A DNA stretch of 64,000 nucleotides, from NCBI GenBank assembly GCA_051942205.1, contig JAVECO010000090.1, positions 1-64,000 of the forward strand, in the 5' to 3' direction. Source of the DNA: Coniocarpon cinnabarinum (taxonomy: Eukaryota). The notes below the pieces were generated by a model. It ran no database searches, was not told where the DNA came from, and saw only the letters and a list, made by a program, of their open reading frames with translations. Each line of letters starts with the position of its first letter. Within the stretch, counting starts at the first letter, position 1. The translations under genes and the position numbers were made by a program. Below are positions 24,032 to 35,934 of this stretch, piece by piece.

Positions 24032-24883
24032 ATGCCGCTTATTGAAGAACTGCCAACTGCAAAAGCCGCCAATGCGACTCCGGGCTGGGCCTACGTCCCG
24101 GACACCGGATATGATCCTTCCAAAGCACCCATCGTACCTTCTGGAGCACGGAACCGCGGCCGCAAGGCTAACGCAGCCTCGAGTAATGAAATTACGGCGC
24201 GTCAACAACACAAGATTGACCAGCATCTCGCACTACTCGATAGAGAGAACCACAGAGATGTGCAGATCGCTGTGCCTAACAGACCGCGCGATGTTGCGGC
24301 TCGTGGTAGGTGTTCCGAGCTCGACTGCACAATTATTCATTCAGCTTATTCGAGTGCAGGCCTGCGCAACCATATGACACCCGGGGTCAGGAAAATTTTA
24401 CTCTCACAAAAGACATTCGCCAATCACCTCGCAGACGAGGAAGCTGCTATTGCTCTCCGTGAGGAAGAGGCTGCTGCGAGGCAGACCGCGAAGCCAGCTT
24501 CCGCAAAGTCAAAGAAAGCTCCTACCGCACGACACTCGATCTCCGATGTCAACGACGTGGAAATGGTCGATGTACCTCAAGACTCGAGTGTCATGGAGCA
24601 TGCGAATGAAGTTCCATCTGCTGATACAGTGCATCCGCTTTTGCGGGTCAACATGCCGAAAATGCCTTCACGTGAAGAGATTGAGACCTTGCTTGCAGCA
24701 CCGCCATTGTCATATAATGCCGCACGAGCCGCGCCAAGTTCCTCAACTGCTCCGCCTCGGCAATTCTGCGAGATATGTGGATATTGGGGGCGCGTCCGCT
24801 GCATGAAATGCGGAGGCAGGGTGTGCGGGCTCGATTGCCAGCGACAACATGAAGACACTAGTTGTCAAAAGTTCTGGGCCTGA
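24032..24883 (+). CDS. VPS71: SWR1 complex subunit Vps71/Swc6, HIT zinc finger; probable intron 24306-24359
   Basis: PGWAYVPD, LDREN, VRKILLSQKTFANHLADEE, PLSYNAARA, FCEICGYWGRVRCMKCGGRVCGLDC (zf-HIT). Confidence 0.88.
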   Translation: MPLIEELPTAKAANATPGWAYVPDTGYDPSKAPIVPSGARNRGRKANAASSNEITARQQHKIDQHLALLDRENHRDVQIAVPNRPRDVAARGRCSELDCTIIHSAYSSAGLRNHMTPGVRKILLSQKTFANHLADEEAAIALREEEAAARQTAKPASAKSKKAPTARHSISDVNDVEMVDVPQDSSVMEHANEVPSADTVHPLLRVNMPKMPSREEIETLLAAPPLSYNAARAAPSSSTAPPRQFCEICGYWGRVRCMKCGGRVCGLDCQRQHEDTSCQKFWA

Positions 24884-24967
24884 GAACCGGAGAGTCGTTG
24901 CCAGTACTAAAACAGTGACTCTACCCTTAAGCCGAGCAAAAGTCGTGTCAGCAACAGCCAATATCAA

Positions 24968-26290
24968 TTACAAATCCTTTGGATCGCAGACCTGGTCAAC
25001 GGCCCTGACCAGCCCGTGAACTTCTTCAAGGGTATTGTAGTGACACATGCTGACTCTAACGACGCCCTCGTCGTCCAGCGCGAGTACATCGTCACACAAA
25101 CGCTTTGAATAGAAGTGGCCCCATCGAAAGCCAAAGTCGGTCTGGTTCTCAACTTTCTCGACCACGGCTTTGGAGCTGTGCCCTTGGGCCTGGAAGCTAA
25201 TGACCGGTACTCGTTTCTCAGAGTCTTTGGTTGGGACGCCGAGGATACGGTACAACGCTGGCTTACTATTTAGGTAATCAAGAAGAACCTCCTGTAGGTG
25301 CTCTTCATGGGCAGTCATCTTGTCCCATCCTTGTTGACGCAGGTACTCCACAACCTGTGGCACTGCCTGGACGAGCTCGTAGCTTGCTCCAGCAAGCCCC
25401 AGCTTATCTTCCAGTGTCTGACCAGATTTGAAATAGTGACCTAAGCTGCGCATACATTTGTCTTGGACGCTCCGCCTGACGTAGAGCTGCGCGACATGCG
25501 GGCCATAGACCTTATACCAGCTGAAGCCATATATGTCGACACCAAGGGCTTGCATGTCTAGTGCGCGATGTGGCGCCAGCGCCACGCCATCGACGCAAAG
25601 GAGCCCATGCGGAGACTTCGCATGGATCATGTCTGCTACTTGCCGTATTGGCGTGATGGTGCCAAGGATGTTGGAAGCGTGAGTACACGTAACCAGGCGC
25701 GTCTGCTCCGTCAGCAGAGGCTCAAGTGTATCAGGAGTCAGTTGCGGATTCGAAGACGTCGGTGCGCGTGGCGTCCACCATTTGAGGGTCAACGACATAT
25801 CCTCGGCTATCATTACCCACGACGCAATGTTTGCTTCATGATCGAGTGAAGAACAGACGATTTCTGAACCTGGCGGGAAATGCGGTCTCAGAGCCGAAGA
25901 GAGATTGCGAAAGAGCTGCGTCGTTGATGACCCAAAGACTGCCGATCTTGATCAGTTCTCGCAAGTTTTTAGCAGAGCAGGGACTACGTACCGACCTCGT
26001 CCGGCTGCGCATTTACGTAGGCCGCACCTGCTTGACAGCCTTCGTTATACAACTGGGTCGAAGACTTGGACGTCTTGTAGGTCGCGCCGAGTTGGACATT
26101 GGTGTCGAGCAAGTATTGTCGGACTCTTCAGATGTTGGCATTCGATCATGAGGCTCGAGGGTGCTGCTTACGAGTCGACTACGTCTCCTAATGTTTGGCT
26201 TCCACCAGCGTTGTCGAAGAAGACTTGCGATGAGTTCAGCGCTGGAAAGTGCTTGCGTGCAGCGGCAACGTCGTAGGTGTCGACCGCCAT
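24968..26290 (-). CDS. PLP-dependent class V aminotransferase, cysteine-desulfurase-like
   Basis: ARKHFPAL, FFDNAGGSQ, NVQLGATY, DHEANIASW, CTHASNILG, CVDGVALAPHR, FSWYKVYGPH (PLP Lys), VRVSMCHYNT; one intron near the 5' end. Confidence 0.9.
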
Positions 26291-26629
26291 GACGGGACGA
26301 AAGCTGAACGAAGCCGGTCTAGATGCGTCCTGCTACTCTTTCCTGTCGAATACCACGCTATACACAGACCTGTGTTGTTCGTCGGGACTTCCCCCACGCT
26401 GTCATACTTTCCATCTAATGTCCCTGGGACGCTATCAATGGCCCTGTTCGGGTGATTGGCTACCGAAAGGGACAGCTGCCCTTCTACGTAAGCTTTGACC
26501 CGTCGTGCCCGTGTTTCCCGGCATGTGATCCTTTGACCTGATGACGGCCGCTCAGGAATTTGGCAATGTAAAAGATTCCAGCATCTCCCACCGGGGCGCC
26601 CTTTTGGGTTTGCTTGTTGATCTGCTACA

Positions 26630-28360
26630 ATGGCGAGTAACAATCACCCACTCCTCGCGCAAAACGACTCTGCGGAGCAGTCTCCTGAGCGCGAACTTGC
26701 AGAAGAGGAAGAGCTCTTGACGGGGCGGCGAAAGTCACTGCCTGCCGAACGACGGCGACAATGGCGCGAAGTTGCACTTTTTGGCTGGGCGGTCATTGCG
26801 ACTGTCTTCGCCGTCATCCTCGCCATAATCTATGATACCGGAACCCGGGGACGCGGTGCAGGTGGCGCGCGGCCAGAAGGCAAACGCAATCTGATCTTCA
26901 TGGTGTCGGACGGAATGGGCCCAACAAGTCTCAGCTTGACGAGAGCATTTCAGCAATACGAGCAAGGCCTCCCGTACAATGATGGTCTCGTGCTGGACAA
27001 GTACACCATTGGACAAAGCCGTACGCGCTCCACTTCTAGCCTCATCACCGACTCTGCTGCAGGAGCTACCGCGTTCTCTTGCGCTGCAAAAAGTTACAAC
27101 GGCGCCATATCGGTACTGCCGGACCACACGCCATGTGGTACAGTGATGGAAGCTGCAAAGGCCGCAGGATATATGACGGGACTGGTGGTCACTACACGCA
27201 TCACAGATGCGACACCAGCATGCTTTGCGTCCCACGTCAACGTTCGCAGTGAAGAGGACCGCATCGCTGAACAACTCCTGGGCGACCTTCCACTAGGCCA
27301 AAGCGTAGATCTCATGCTCGGTGCCGGACGCTGCCACTTCCTTCCGAATACAACCGAGGGTTCCTGCCGCGGGGACGACAAAGACCTCGTAGCTGTTGCA
27401 AAAGAGAAAGGATTCAGCTACATCGACAACCGGCGCGGCTTCGATAATCTCGCAGCAGGCGCTAAACTGCCACTCCTCGGCCTCTTCGCAGACCACGACA
27501 TTCCTTATGAAATCGACCGCCAGCAAGAGAAACAAACATATCCCGCGCTCGTGGAAATGGCTCGGAAAGCCATGACTTCTCTCAGTGAGGCCACTCGTGG
27601 CCATGACAAAGGCTTCTTTCTCATGATCGAAGGCAGTCGCATCGATCATGCCGGCCACGCCAATGACCCCGTTGCGCAAGTCCACGAAGTCATCGCATAC
27701 GATAAGGCTTTTCAATCTGTCCTCAATTTCTTGGAGAACGACAAAACGCAGGGCATACTCGTCGCCACCAGTGATCATGAAACTGGCGGCGTGGCCACGG
27801 CTAAGCAGCTTGGGCGCTTTGACTACCCGAAATATGCGTGGTATCCCGGCGTGCTCGCGAATGCGAGCCACAGCGTCGAGTGGCTTACTCACGACTATGC
27901 GCGCCATCTCGAGACAGGTGAAGCCGGCGCAACAAGCGAGTCGTACATTCGCGACGCACTCCCTCGACACCTTGGCATCCATGATGCCTCTGCAGATGAA
28001 ATCTCCGATCTAGTCGACGACCCAGACCACACGCCTTACTTCCTCGCGGATATGATCAGTCGCCGTTCTCAGACGGGTTGGAGCACCCACGGCCATTCCG
28101 GCGCAGATGTCAACATATATGCAAGCGACCATGATGCCGCGCGGGAGCTGATGGGCAACGTCGAGAACACAGATGTAGGCTTGTTTTTGAAGAGATATCT
28201 AGATGTTGAAGAAGAGGTGGAGGAGTCGACGAGGAAACTTCGAGAGATGAAGGGGGATTGGATGGGTGGGGATGGAGGGGCGACGGATGGGCCGAGCCAT
28301 GAGGTGGAGATGGACCATTATGAGGGAGATTTCAGGAAACATCGGAGGAGGGTGAGGTGA
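26630..28360 (+). CDS. PHO8: Vacuolar (repressible) alkaline phosphatase
   Basis: N-terminal TM anchor; NLIFMVSDGMG, ITDSAAGATA (catalytic Ser), EGSRIDHAGH, TSDHETGG, GHSGADV. Confidence 0.95.
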   Translation: MASNNHPLLAQNDSAEQSPERELAEEEELLTGRRKSLPAERRRQWREVALFGWAVIATVFAVILAIIYDTGTRGRGAGGARPEGKRNLIFMVSDGMGPTSLSLTRAFQQYEQGLPYNDGLVLDKYTIGQSRTRSTSSLITDSAAGATAFSCAAKSYNGAISVLPDHTPCGTVMEAAKAAGYMTGLVVTTRITDATPACFASHVNVRSEEDRIAEQLLGDLPLGQSVDLMLGAGRCHFLPNTTEGSCRGDDKDLVAVAKEKGFSYIDNRRGFDNLAAGAKLPLLGLFADHDIPYEIDRQQEKQTYPALVEMARKAMTSLSEATRGHDKGFFLMIEGSRIDHAGHANDPVAQVHEVIAYDKAFQSVLNFLENDKTQGILVATSDHETGGVATAKQLGRFDYPKYAWYPGVLANASHSVEWLTHDYARHLETGEAGATSESYIRDALPRHLGIHDASADEISDLVDDPDHTPYFLADMISRRSQTGWSTHGHSGADVNIYASDHDAARELMGNVENTDVGLFLKRYLDVEEEVEESTRKLREMKGDWMGGDGGATDGPSHEVEMDHYEGDFRKHRRRVR

Positions 28361-28729
28361 TCGAGGGGTCTAGCGTTTCTTTGGGAAGGAATGGAGATGG
28401 CGCAGCCTCTACGGAACTTCATTGGCGTTCTTAGATTTCCAAATCATGTTAGAATTTGACATTCAGACACACCTAGAGTAGTAATCTTAACAGCACGCTT
28501 GCTCAACTAGAGCAACACCTCCAAACCGTATCGTACAAATGTGCATACCATGACCAAAGGCGTAACCCACGCAAGACTTCAGTAATTTTCCCGGATAATG
28601 TCCACAGTCCTCCGCCTCGCGAGCTCTGACCAAGCGTTCCTAGCTTTCAGCTGGGTGTTCGAGTGTCGGAGACGCTCACGTCGTTTGGTATCTTCAAGGA
28701 CCAATTGCATGCCTCTTATTCTTCAGACT

Positions 28730-29326
28730 TCATTTGCCCTTTCCTTCCCTGCCCATCTGTGCCACGCGCTCTTCTAATACTCTCACGTATTGCTCCGTTC
28801 TTTGTACAGCTGCTTGTAATGACTATAACACAAGCACGTTAGCTCAGAGTTCGAACACCCTATCAATGCCTTGCTCTTCGACTGCCAAGTCACTCCTCCC
28901 TCCACATTATTCGCATTTTTCGGCCATCAGCTTCCTGCTTCCGCTCAAAGCTCCTGCTCTTACCCTCCTTCTTTTTTCTTGCTACCCGTATCTCGCACTC
29001 ATCGAGAAACTAAGACCACCGAGACCATACTTCTCCAGGAAGGAAGTCAAACTCACATATATATCCTCGCCCAACATCTCATTACTGATCCGATACTCTT
29101 TCAAAATGTATCCCCAAACGCCGACCCCCGCTAACGTCGCACCCATGAAAAAACCAAGGAATCCACCTCGAAAAGCACCCATGGGGCGGCGAGGCGGCGC
29201 ATCTTGTAGTCGTGGAAGGCTGGTGGAGAAGTTGTGTCTTGTAAGGGAGGTTCGTTGCAGAGTTGGGCGGAGGAATTGGGAGAGGTTGGGTCGGAAGAGG
29301 CTGCGCAACGAGCTTGAGGTGGTCAT
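28730..29326 (-). CDS. Small single-TM protein with mitochondrial-type presequence and C-terminal coiled coil; 2 exons
   Basis: Arg/Ser/Leu-rich N-terminus (MTTSSSLRSLFRP..RHNFSTS), GAFRGGFLGFFMGATLAGVGVWGYILKEY TM, EDIY|SLQAAVQRTEQYVRVLEE; intron GTGAGT..GCTAAC..TAG. Confidence 0.8.
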
Positions 29327-31140
29327 TTTGGCGGAGTCCCTGGTCGCATGAACCTGTTTTGTTTCAAAAAGATGCGGTTTGTTTGCACCTAGATAGTTGC
29401 GCAAGTTGACCTACGGACGTTTGGTGAAGCTTGAGCTTGGACCAGGATCATCCCACGTCAGGGCAGGGTAGTTTCGATATACATATAGAAACATGAGGTG
29501 ACACGAGTGTCGCGTTTCCCTTGCACTACTTCTTCTCCACTCACAAGTCATGTATGGTTTCTAACGATGATGTGAGGACGGCTGTTAAGATGTGCGCCAT
29601 TGAGAGCTACTCTAGTCACTCACTCTATGAGATGCACAGCCTTGATGTTCATCTCAATTCCTCTCTATCAATAATGTCGCGTAGAGAAAGACACGTATCT
29701 AAAGCAACACCTCCAAAGAAAGGCAAAGAAATCAACAAGTAGATGCATCAGGAAACGGAGGGAGCTTCTTGAATATTATTGGAGCTTTTATTCTCTCAAG
29801 ATCATGAACGTGATTGTTTTGAAGATGCCTTGCATCAGCTGGATAATGAGGTTGAAGAGACGCTCGAAAATTTGAAGGATGACCAAACCTAGACTTTTCG
29901 AGAAGCGTAGTCCTGGCGGTAAAGAGAAAACGCAACTGGCCATCCATAAACTCATTCTACCGAGGCTTCATAATATTTTGATATGATTTCCTCGGGTGGT
30001 GCAAAAGGGAAGGATCCAGCGTTTTCGAGCACTGCGTTGTACATCCAAGTCATGTGGTTGGTCCTCTTGTCCTGACTTTAGATGAAGCAGTACGTTTTCA
30101 ATTTCGTAGCAAGCTAGCGGGAAATCGGAAAAATTTTGCTTGTTAAGGAGCGTATAGACCCAGGGTCAGGAGCACTGGTACGTCACCGCTTGCGTGGATG
30201 GCTCTCGAGGAACAATCCCTCGGCGCGTGGACTGTCATTGCAAGGCGGGAACGACCACAGTACTGATTGGAAAATCTGGAGAAGGCAAAAGCACGACATC
30301 CGTCTGATCTTTCGCTTTTAGCCTAGCCGTTTAAGGCTTGCTTAACGAAGATCAGTTCTCTGATGTTGGCCAGAGGCTCAGAATTCAGTCTGCTTGTCAA
30401 CCGAACCCTGCGATCACACTTTTGACTGACGCTGCTCTTTCATATCGCGTGTGAGGGGTCTCTAATTGGGGGCTCGGGGTTCGAGGAGTCGGCCGATTCT
30501 GATTGCGGATGACACATGTCGCCGGCAAATCAATCATCCTCCAGTAATGCTTGCAATTTGCAACGCTGCCGCTGCCGCGGCGTCTGGGTCAGCCGCTCGT
30601 CCAACATCAACGCGTGGCTCTACGAGCGTATGAGGCCTTCGCGCTCAGCCTGAGGAGCGTGATCTGTACGACGAGGCGCGTTCGCGCAGGGGAATTGACC
30701 GCAATGGCGTAGGTGCTCCCAAGGCCACCGATTCCGATGGATCAGGCTATGCAACGGACCCCGGCCCAAGGCTCCGAGTGTGCTTCTAAAAGTCACAAAA
30801 CAATCTCGGCGATAAAACAGCTAGCACGCTGTTAGATCCGGATATCCAGCAAGTTGATGCCAACGGCCCAGATTGAGACAATATGGCAGGTGGTGTGCCC
30901 ATGACGATACCGTTTGAACCCGGCCAGAGCACGGTTTGACGCATAAGGATGATCTCGGCGAGCACACCTCGGTTTGACTCGACCTCCGAACAAGATAGAG
31001 ACGCTGCCCTGGTTCACGGTGTAACTTTTCATTCTCGAATCTTGCTTTCAATCAGTGTTTTCCATATGCTTGCCACACGGTATATCTTCCTAAAGAAGGC
31101 TTTTGAAACTATAAAATAACGGGAAACCTCGGCAGCGCCG

Positions 31141-32569
31141 ATGGTAGAGGTTACTGTCTTACTTTTCATCATAGCTACTGTGCTCTCATACTTGCCGTAT
31201 TCACGCTACCTCGTCGGGTTGGGTAAACCAGCTTGATGTCGCCCCGCTCGTACAACCGCCGGACTTTAGACCGCAGTCACGTTGGCCCGTACGATGCTTA
31301 CGCTCTATGGTCGGAGTATTACAAGCCGACACAGAGAACGATCGTATCAGACATATACGTGAGGCTCAGTTGCGGGACCCAGGATTTTCCACTAGCCACT
31401 TGAGCATGCCATAGCTACGGCATGCGATACAGTGAAGGTACCGAATTTTGCGCAGGAGCGTTCTAAGGATGAAGCGCTCAGCTCGAATAGGTAATATGAA
31501 TACCCTCCAAGCGCCAGAGCAGCAAGGCGAGGCTATCCTCAGATTCTGTCGTTACTGCGGCAATGCAGTTTTGGATGCGCAAGCCGCGACTTTGCTGGAT
31601 TTCGACATTCACCTTGAGGTTTCCTTAGGTGCGCCGACGCAAGCATTTGACCCTTCTAGTAAGTGTTTAATAATAGCCTCGACGTGGCCGGCAGTAAGCT
31701 TCATTACGGATGTAACGGGCCCCGTGCCTTCATCAAGATACCTGGAAAGCCTACGCGAACTTCTCTGGGAGAACCTTGGAGATTTAAACGACCTCCGCAC
31801 GGTTATCTATAAGCCGTCGAAGCAAGAGATCATGTGGCTTGAGTACATCAAAGCTAGGTGGGATGAGGGCTGGGACGGTTTGCTGAGAATCCCGCAAACC
31901 AACGCCCTGACGCTTGCTGCGATGTCCTCGTAGTAACCAAGTTACAAAGTCCAGCAGTCGGGTCGGCCCGTGTCCAGATTGCAGAGAGACAACCATGTGT
32001 GGGTTCTTCCGAACCCTCGTGGAGTGTGAGCCCTTCAGATGTTGACTTGGCAGCGCTGTGCAGGAGATGTGCTTGCCCGCTTCACGTATTTTCCGCAGCT
32101 CAGAGGCCCTTTGGATCTCCTCCAATCGATGAGCCAAGCCGGACAAACAAGTGTGGCTGATGGAGAGCGGACGCTCGAAATATTTGATATGCAGAGCTCC
32201 GGTTATGATGCACCAAACGCGATAGCGAAGGCGAACTTCGTTTTGTACCTTGGCTTTGGAGGTGTTACTTTCTCCTATACACAGAACAAACCACTCGTAC
32301 GGGATATGCCATTTGACTGTCGACAAGGATCTATTACACCCCTTTTAGGACAGTCAGGGTCAGGTAAGACTACGATCTTGCAGCTGTGCAATTGCTTATT
32401 ACAACCTCGAGATGGACGCATCGTTATCGATGACCAAGAGTACTTTAGGATCAAAGCGGACTGCCTGCGCAGGTTGATTGTGTTTGTTCCTCAAAATGAC
32501 GCCCTGTTCGATGACGGAGGAGCTGCTCGAACTGTGTGGAACGGACGAAGTCCTTATGGACAGAGCTGA
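31141..32569 (+). pseudogene. Decayed ABCB half-transporter (HMT1/ATM1-like) remnant
   Basis: YFPQLRGPL, ERTLEIF, FGGVTFSY, Walker A GQSGSGKTT, GRIVIDDQ, Q-loop VFVPQNDALFDD. It then stops with no ABC signature or Walker B; upstream TM part is broken by stops and frameshifts. Confidence 0.72.
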
Positions 32570-32800
32570 AGGCTGCGTTGAGCTCTGCGTGGAGCCACAG
32601 AAGTGCTTAGTCGTGGGGCATGGAGAATATCGTTAGGTTGGTTGTGGACGTGAACTGGCGTATTCATTAGCTCGTCTGGAACATTTTATTAAGGTATGAA
32701 TGCGATATGTCCATATCGAGTGCGCCTCAAATATTCTGTGAGCCATGTTTGGATGCTAAACGAATCGCATTGTAATGTAAATCTCTTGTGTGATTCAAGG

Positions 32801-32960
32801 TTAAACAGTGTCTAAATGCCTATCACGCCTTCCAAGGAGGTAATTGGGTGTGTCGTTGATGACCATGAGACCTAGCTCGACGCTCATTGCTGCTATGAGA
32901 AACAACATACACAGGACCGGGAGTAATTTGCGATCCAGTGCTTCATCACCGACAATAGAT
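32801..32960 (-). pseudogene. Possible MFS transporter (allantoate permease/ACS-type) first-TM relic
   Basis: DEALDRKLLPVLCMLFLIAAM resembles the KLDxxLLPxLxxLYxxAxLDR start of ACS-family MFS proteins; no intact continuation. Confidence 0.35.
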
Positions 32961-35855
32961 CCGGGCTTTATCGTGGAGCAAACCCCTAGGCTATCGATCT
33001 CTATTTGAAAAGCTTTAAAGACAGTGAAGTAGTTTCCTGATTTCCGTTCGCAACAACTTTTAGACCGCTTACTTCTAGTCCCCTGGAATCTTGAATATAA
33101 AAAATTTAACACTAATTTAAATTACTGCAAAATTTTTCAAAAGCGCCTTACCTTAGATAGTGCTGCAATGTCGATAGCTCAAAAAGACGGACCCTTCACA
33201 ATTGCAAAAGCTGGATGTTTGGTGTCAATCGCTTGCGAGGACTTTGCTTCTTCAATCAACGTATGACTGGATGCTCGAGATTCCGCGAGATGCCTTCTGT
33301 CCTACTGCTGCTATCTCTAGAAAGGCACAGTGCTTACATCTCTCAAAGTCTTGAGCCTTGAGGGACTGCTTCCTACGAACGAGTTATGACTTTGGTCCAA
33401 ATTCCTATGCTTAATCTCTATTGTATGAGATGATAGCATTTTGCGATGACGTAGCGCCACTTGAATAGCCAATTTACGCACATGTCAGGCGATTTGTGAG
33501 TCTGAAATGCTTCTCTTGCCGGGCACACAGGCTCCATGCGTGCACTGCATCTTATTTCGAACAGTGTAGCATAAAGCAAGGATCCCAGAGACCATGGAAT
33601 TTTGATTCGGAACCACGTTCAGCTGAGGGAGCTCTCGTTTTCGGCTGAGTAGTCTCGGAATCGCAGCGGATGACTTCACAAAGCAATCAGTAATTGAAGA
33701 CCGTGAGGTCTACCAATGTCAATGATGATTTCGTGGAGCTTTAGCCAGGCGACGCGGCTTATGATACAGTTCATGGGAATCTATGACAGCAATAATACAG
33801 CATGATGCGTAATTCATGGATTTCTTTTCTTTGACTTGTTTGTTGCTTAAGTCCAAATGTACGGGAAACAGCTCCAACTCATCCATTTACTTTTCTCTTG
33901 GCAAAAGCTACCTTTTTTTCTACTGAATTAATCCCTTTTTTTTAGTAACTCGCTTGAATTTTCTATTTTTTTTAAGCTCGACGATCACTATTCTGTCTTT
34001 TCAGCAGACGGCACTCCTGGATCATTGCAAATGGCGACGGAATCTGAAAGAATCAATTCATTCGTTCTGACCGTCTCAATGCAGACTTCTGAGAAATATA
34101 GAATCGTGATTTGCCACGCGAAGGCGGTGGGAATGGGTTAGCTGAGGCCTGTAATCAAGCGTGAAATGACTCCCCAGAATGACATTGCAGGGTTTCTAGG
34201 TCCACTGCTGGTTTATGGTGAGAGGTTGAATGATACAGAGGCGCTGCTTAGTTTGAAAACCTGCAAAGACACGAATCACACCTACCGGGATCATCACAGA
34301 CCTAGAGGGGCACTGGCGGAAGCGCACGAATGTGAATAAACGATACTTAGCTGAGTACTTGATCAAATTATACTCATCTCAGTCTGGCGATCACAGAGCT
34401 GGCCATGACTGGGTTGGTTTATCAATGATCAAGCATTCCTAAGCCATCCACGGACTCAAGCGGTTTTGACATTTTCAGCACCAGAAGGGACTTTCCTGTC
34501 CCCGAAACCATAGTCTTGCGCAAACTAGAGCTCCTGGACGTTGAGAATAGGTTAAATTGAAGTTTCATTCACGGCTAATTACCGACTCTTCTAAGGCCTA
34601 GTCGCGGCTAGTTTACCTCGTATCCAGGCTCACGATCACAGCCAGCGAGTTTTCATTACTGATGTCGGCATGACTCCATCATGAGTCTTTAGTGACGTGT
34701 CTAGCAGATGGAACGAGATATTGAGTTGGTCGATAACCATATCCTACTTGTTGCCCACAATTTGCTTCTTGATTCTGCAACGCAACTTCGGCTACAATAA
34801 AATATTTCAGGAACATCATGGCGCAGAAATTTCCTCGATACAATGAAGAAAAGAAAGACGTCTTTGACAAAATGAGAGACTTCCAGTAGGTCAGCGAAAG
34901 CCACGTTTTTAGCAAGAAGCATAACTGGTCAGTCGCATAGCTGCGGAGAAGTAGCTTAGCCTCGCTTGCATACCTCTAATTGAGCATTCTTCCTCGACAT
35001 GTTTCAAATGACATGAGACGTCATTTTTTGCAGCTATTCTGGCGAGGCTCAAGCGCAGCACGTCTGAAAGTAAGCAATGGAATATGCGTCTCCGAAAGCT
35101 GCGCGCGGGGAACCCTGCGACTCTTGTCCACTGGCTGTGATGTCTTGCGGTTTCCTGCTGTCACGAGCTCGAAAGCGAAAGACAGCATCGTCGTTAGGCT
35201 AGGGTGTAAAGGAAACAAATCTGATAACTCGTACGTGCATTGAAATGTCATTCTGAGTTTCGGAGTGCTGCAATAACAGACGTCGTACAAGTCTACTAGG
35301 AAGTTTAGCGAGCACTGAGATCTGTCTCTTGCCTGCATGTGCGTAGGGAGTGAGACGTGCTTTAGCGCATGCTGAAATTGAACTTCGATGCGCCGGAGTC
35401 TGTGCAGCGCGGACCTTTTAAGAGCAGCGCGTCGAAACAGCAGACAGCGTTGAGAGAACATCTCTCCCATGTCATGGATCCCAGAAACACCGTCTCTCTG
35501 ACAAACCTCCCCAACAAGGGTTCGGTCTTGTTCTTCCTGAATCACGGCGCAGATGACCTCCAGCAAGATAGGCGATGCTTATTTTGAGACGTATTACGCA
35601 ACAGTGCCACAGCAACAAGCGCTACTACACCGCTTCACCATCTCAGTGTCATATTCACTGCAAAAAGACCCTCCTGCATTCCAGTAATGCTGGTACTGCA
35701 AACGTCAAGCAAACCACAAGCCACTCTGAAGTGTTGGCTTACACAGGGTCCCTCCGCGGATTTTATACAGACCCATTGCCCGACCCGCCGATCCGCCCCG
35801 CCTTCCCGCTCCAAAGACCGCGGAGATCCACCGCAATCTTCCCGCCACTTAAACA

Positions 35856-35934
35856 TACCAGTACCACATCTTACCACATCGGAAGTACCACATCACCAGT
35901 ACCACTACCCTAATACCACAACCACAGTACCACT
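35856..35934. repeat. Degenerate 14-bp-period array with invariant TACCAC
   Basis: TACCAC at 35862, 35872, 35886, 35900, 35914 and 35928 (last five exactly 14 nt apart), plus TACCAG at 35856. Confidence 0.7.

Noticed and set aside
14369..26290. RiPP (ustiloxin/dikaritin-type) cluster made of the repeat protein and the UstD-like PLP enzyme
   Set aside because: Repeats are not delimited by KR/RR Kex2 sites, no DUF3328/UstY or tyrosinase is present, and unrelated genes including VPS71 intervene.
26291..26629. Pho4/NUC-1 CACGTG site upstream of PHO8
   Set aside because: No CACGTG or CACGTT in the intergenic interval.
35021..35566. 181-aa ORF on - strand
   Set aside because: Non-ATG start and no recognisable family; cannot be supported as a gene.
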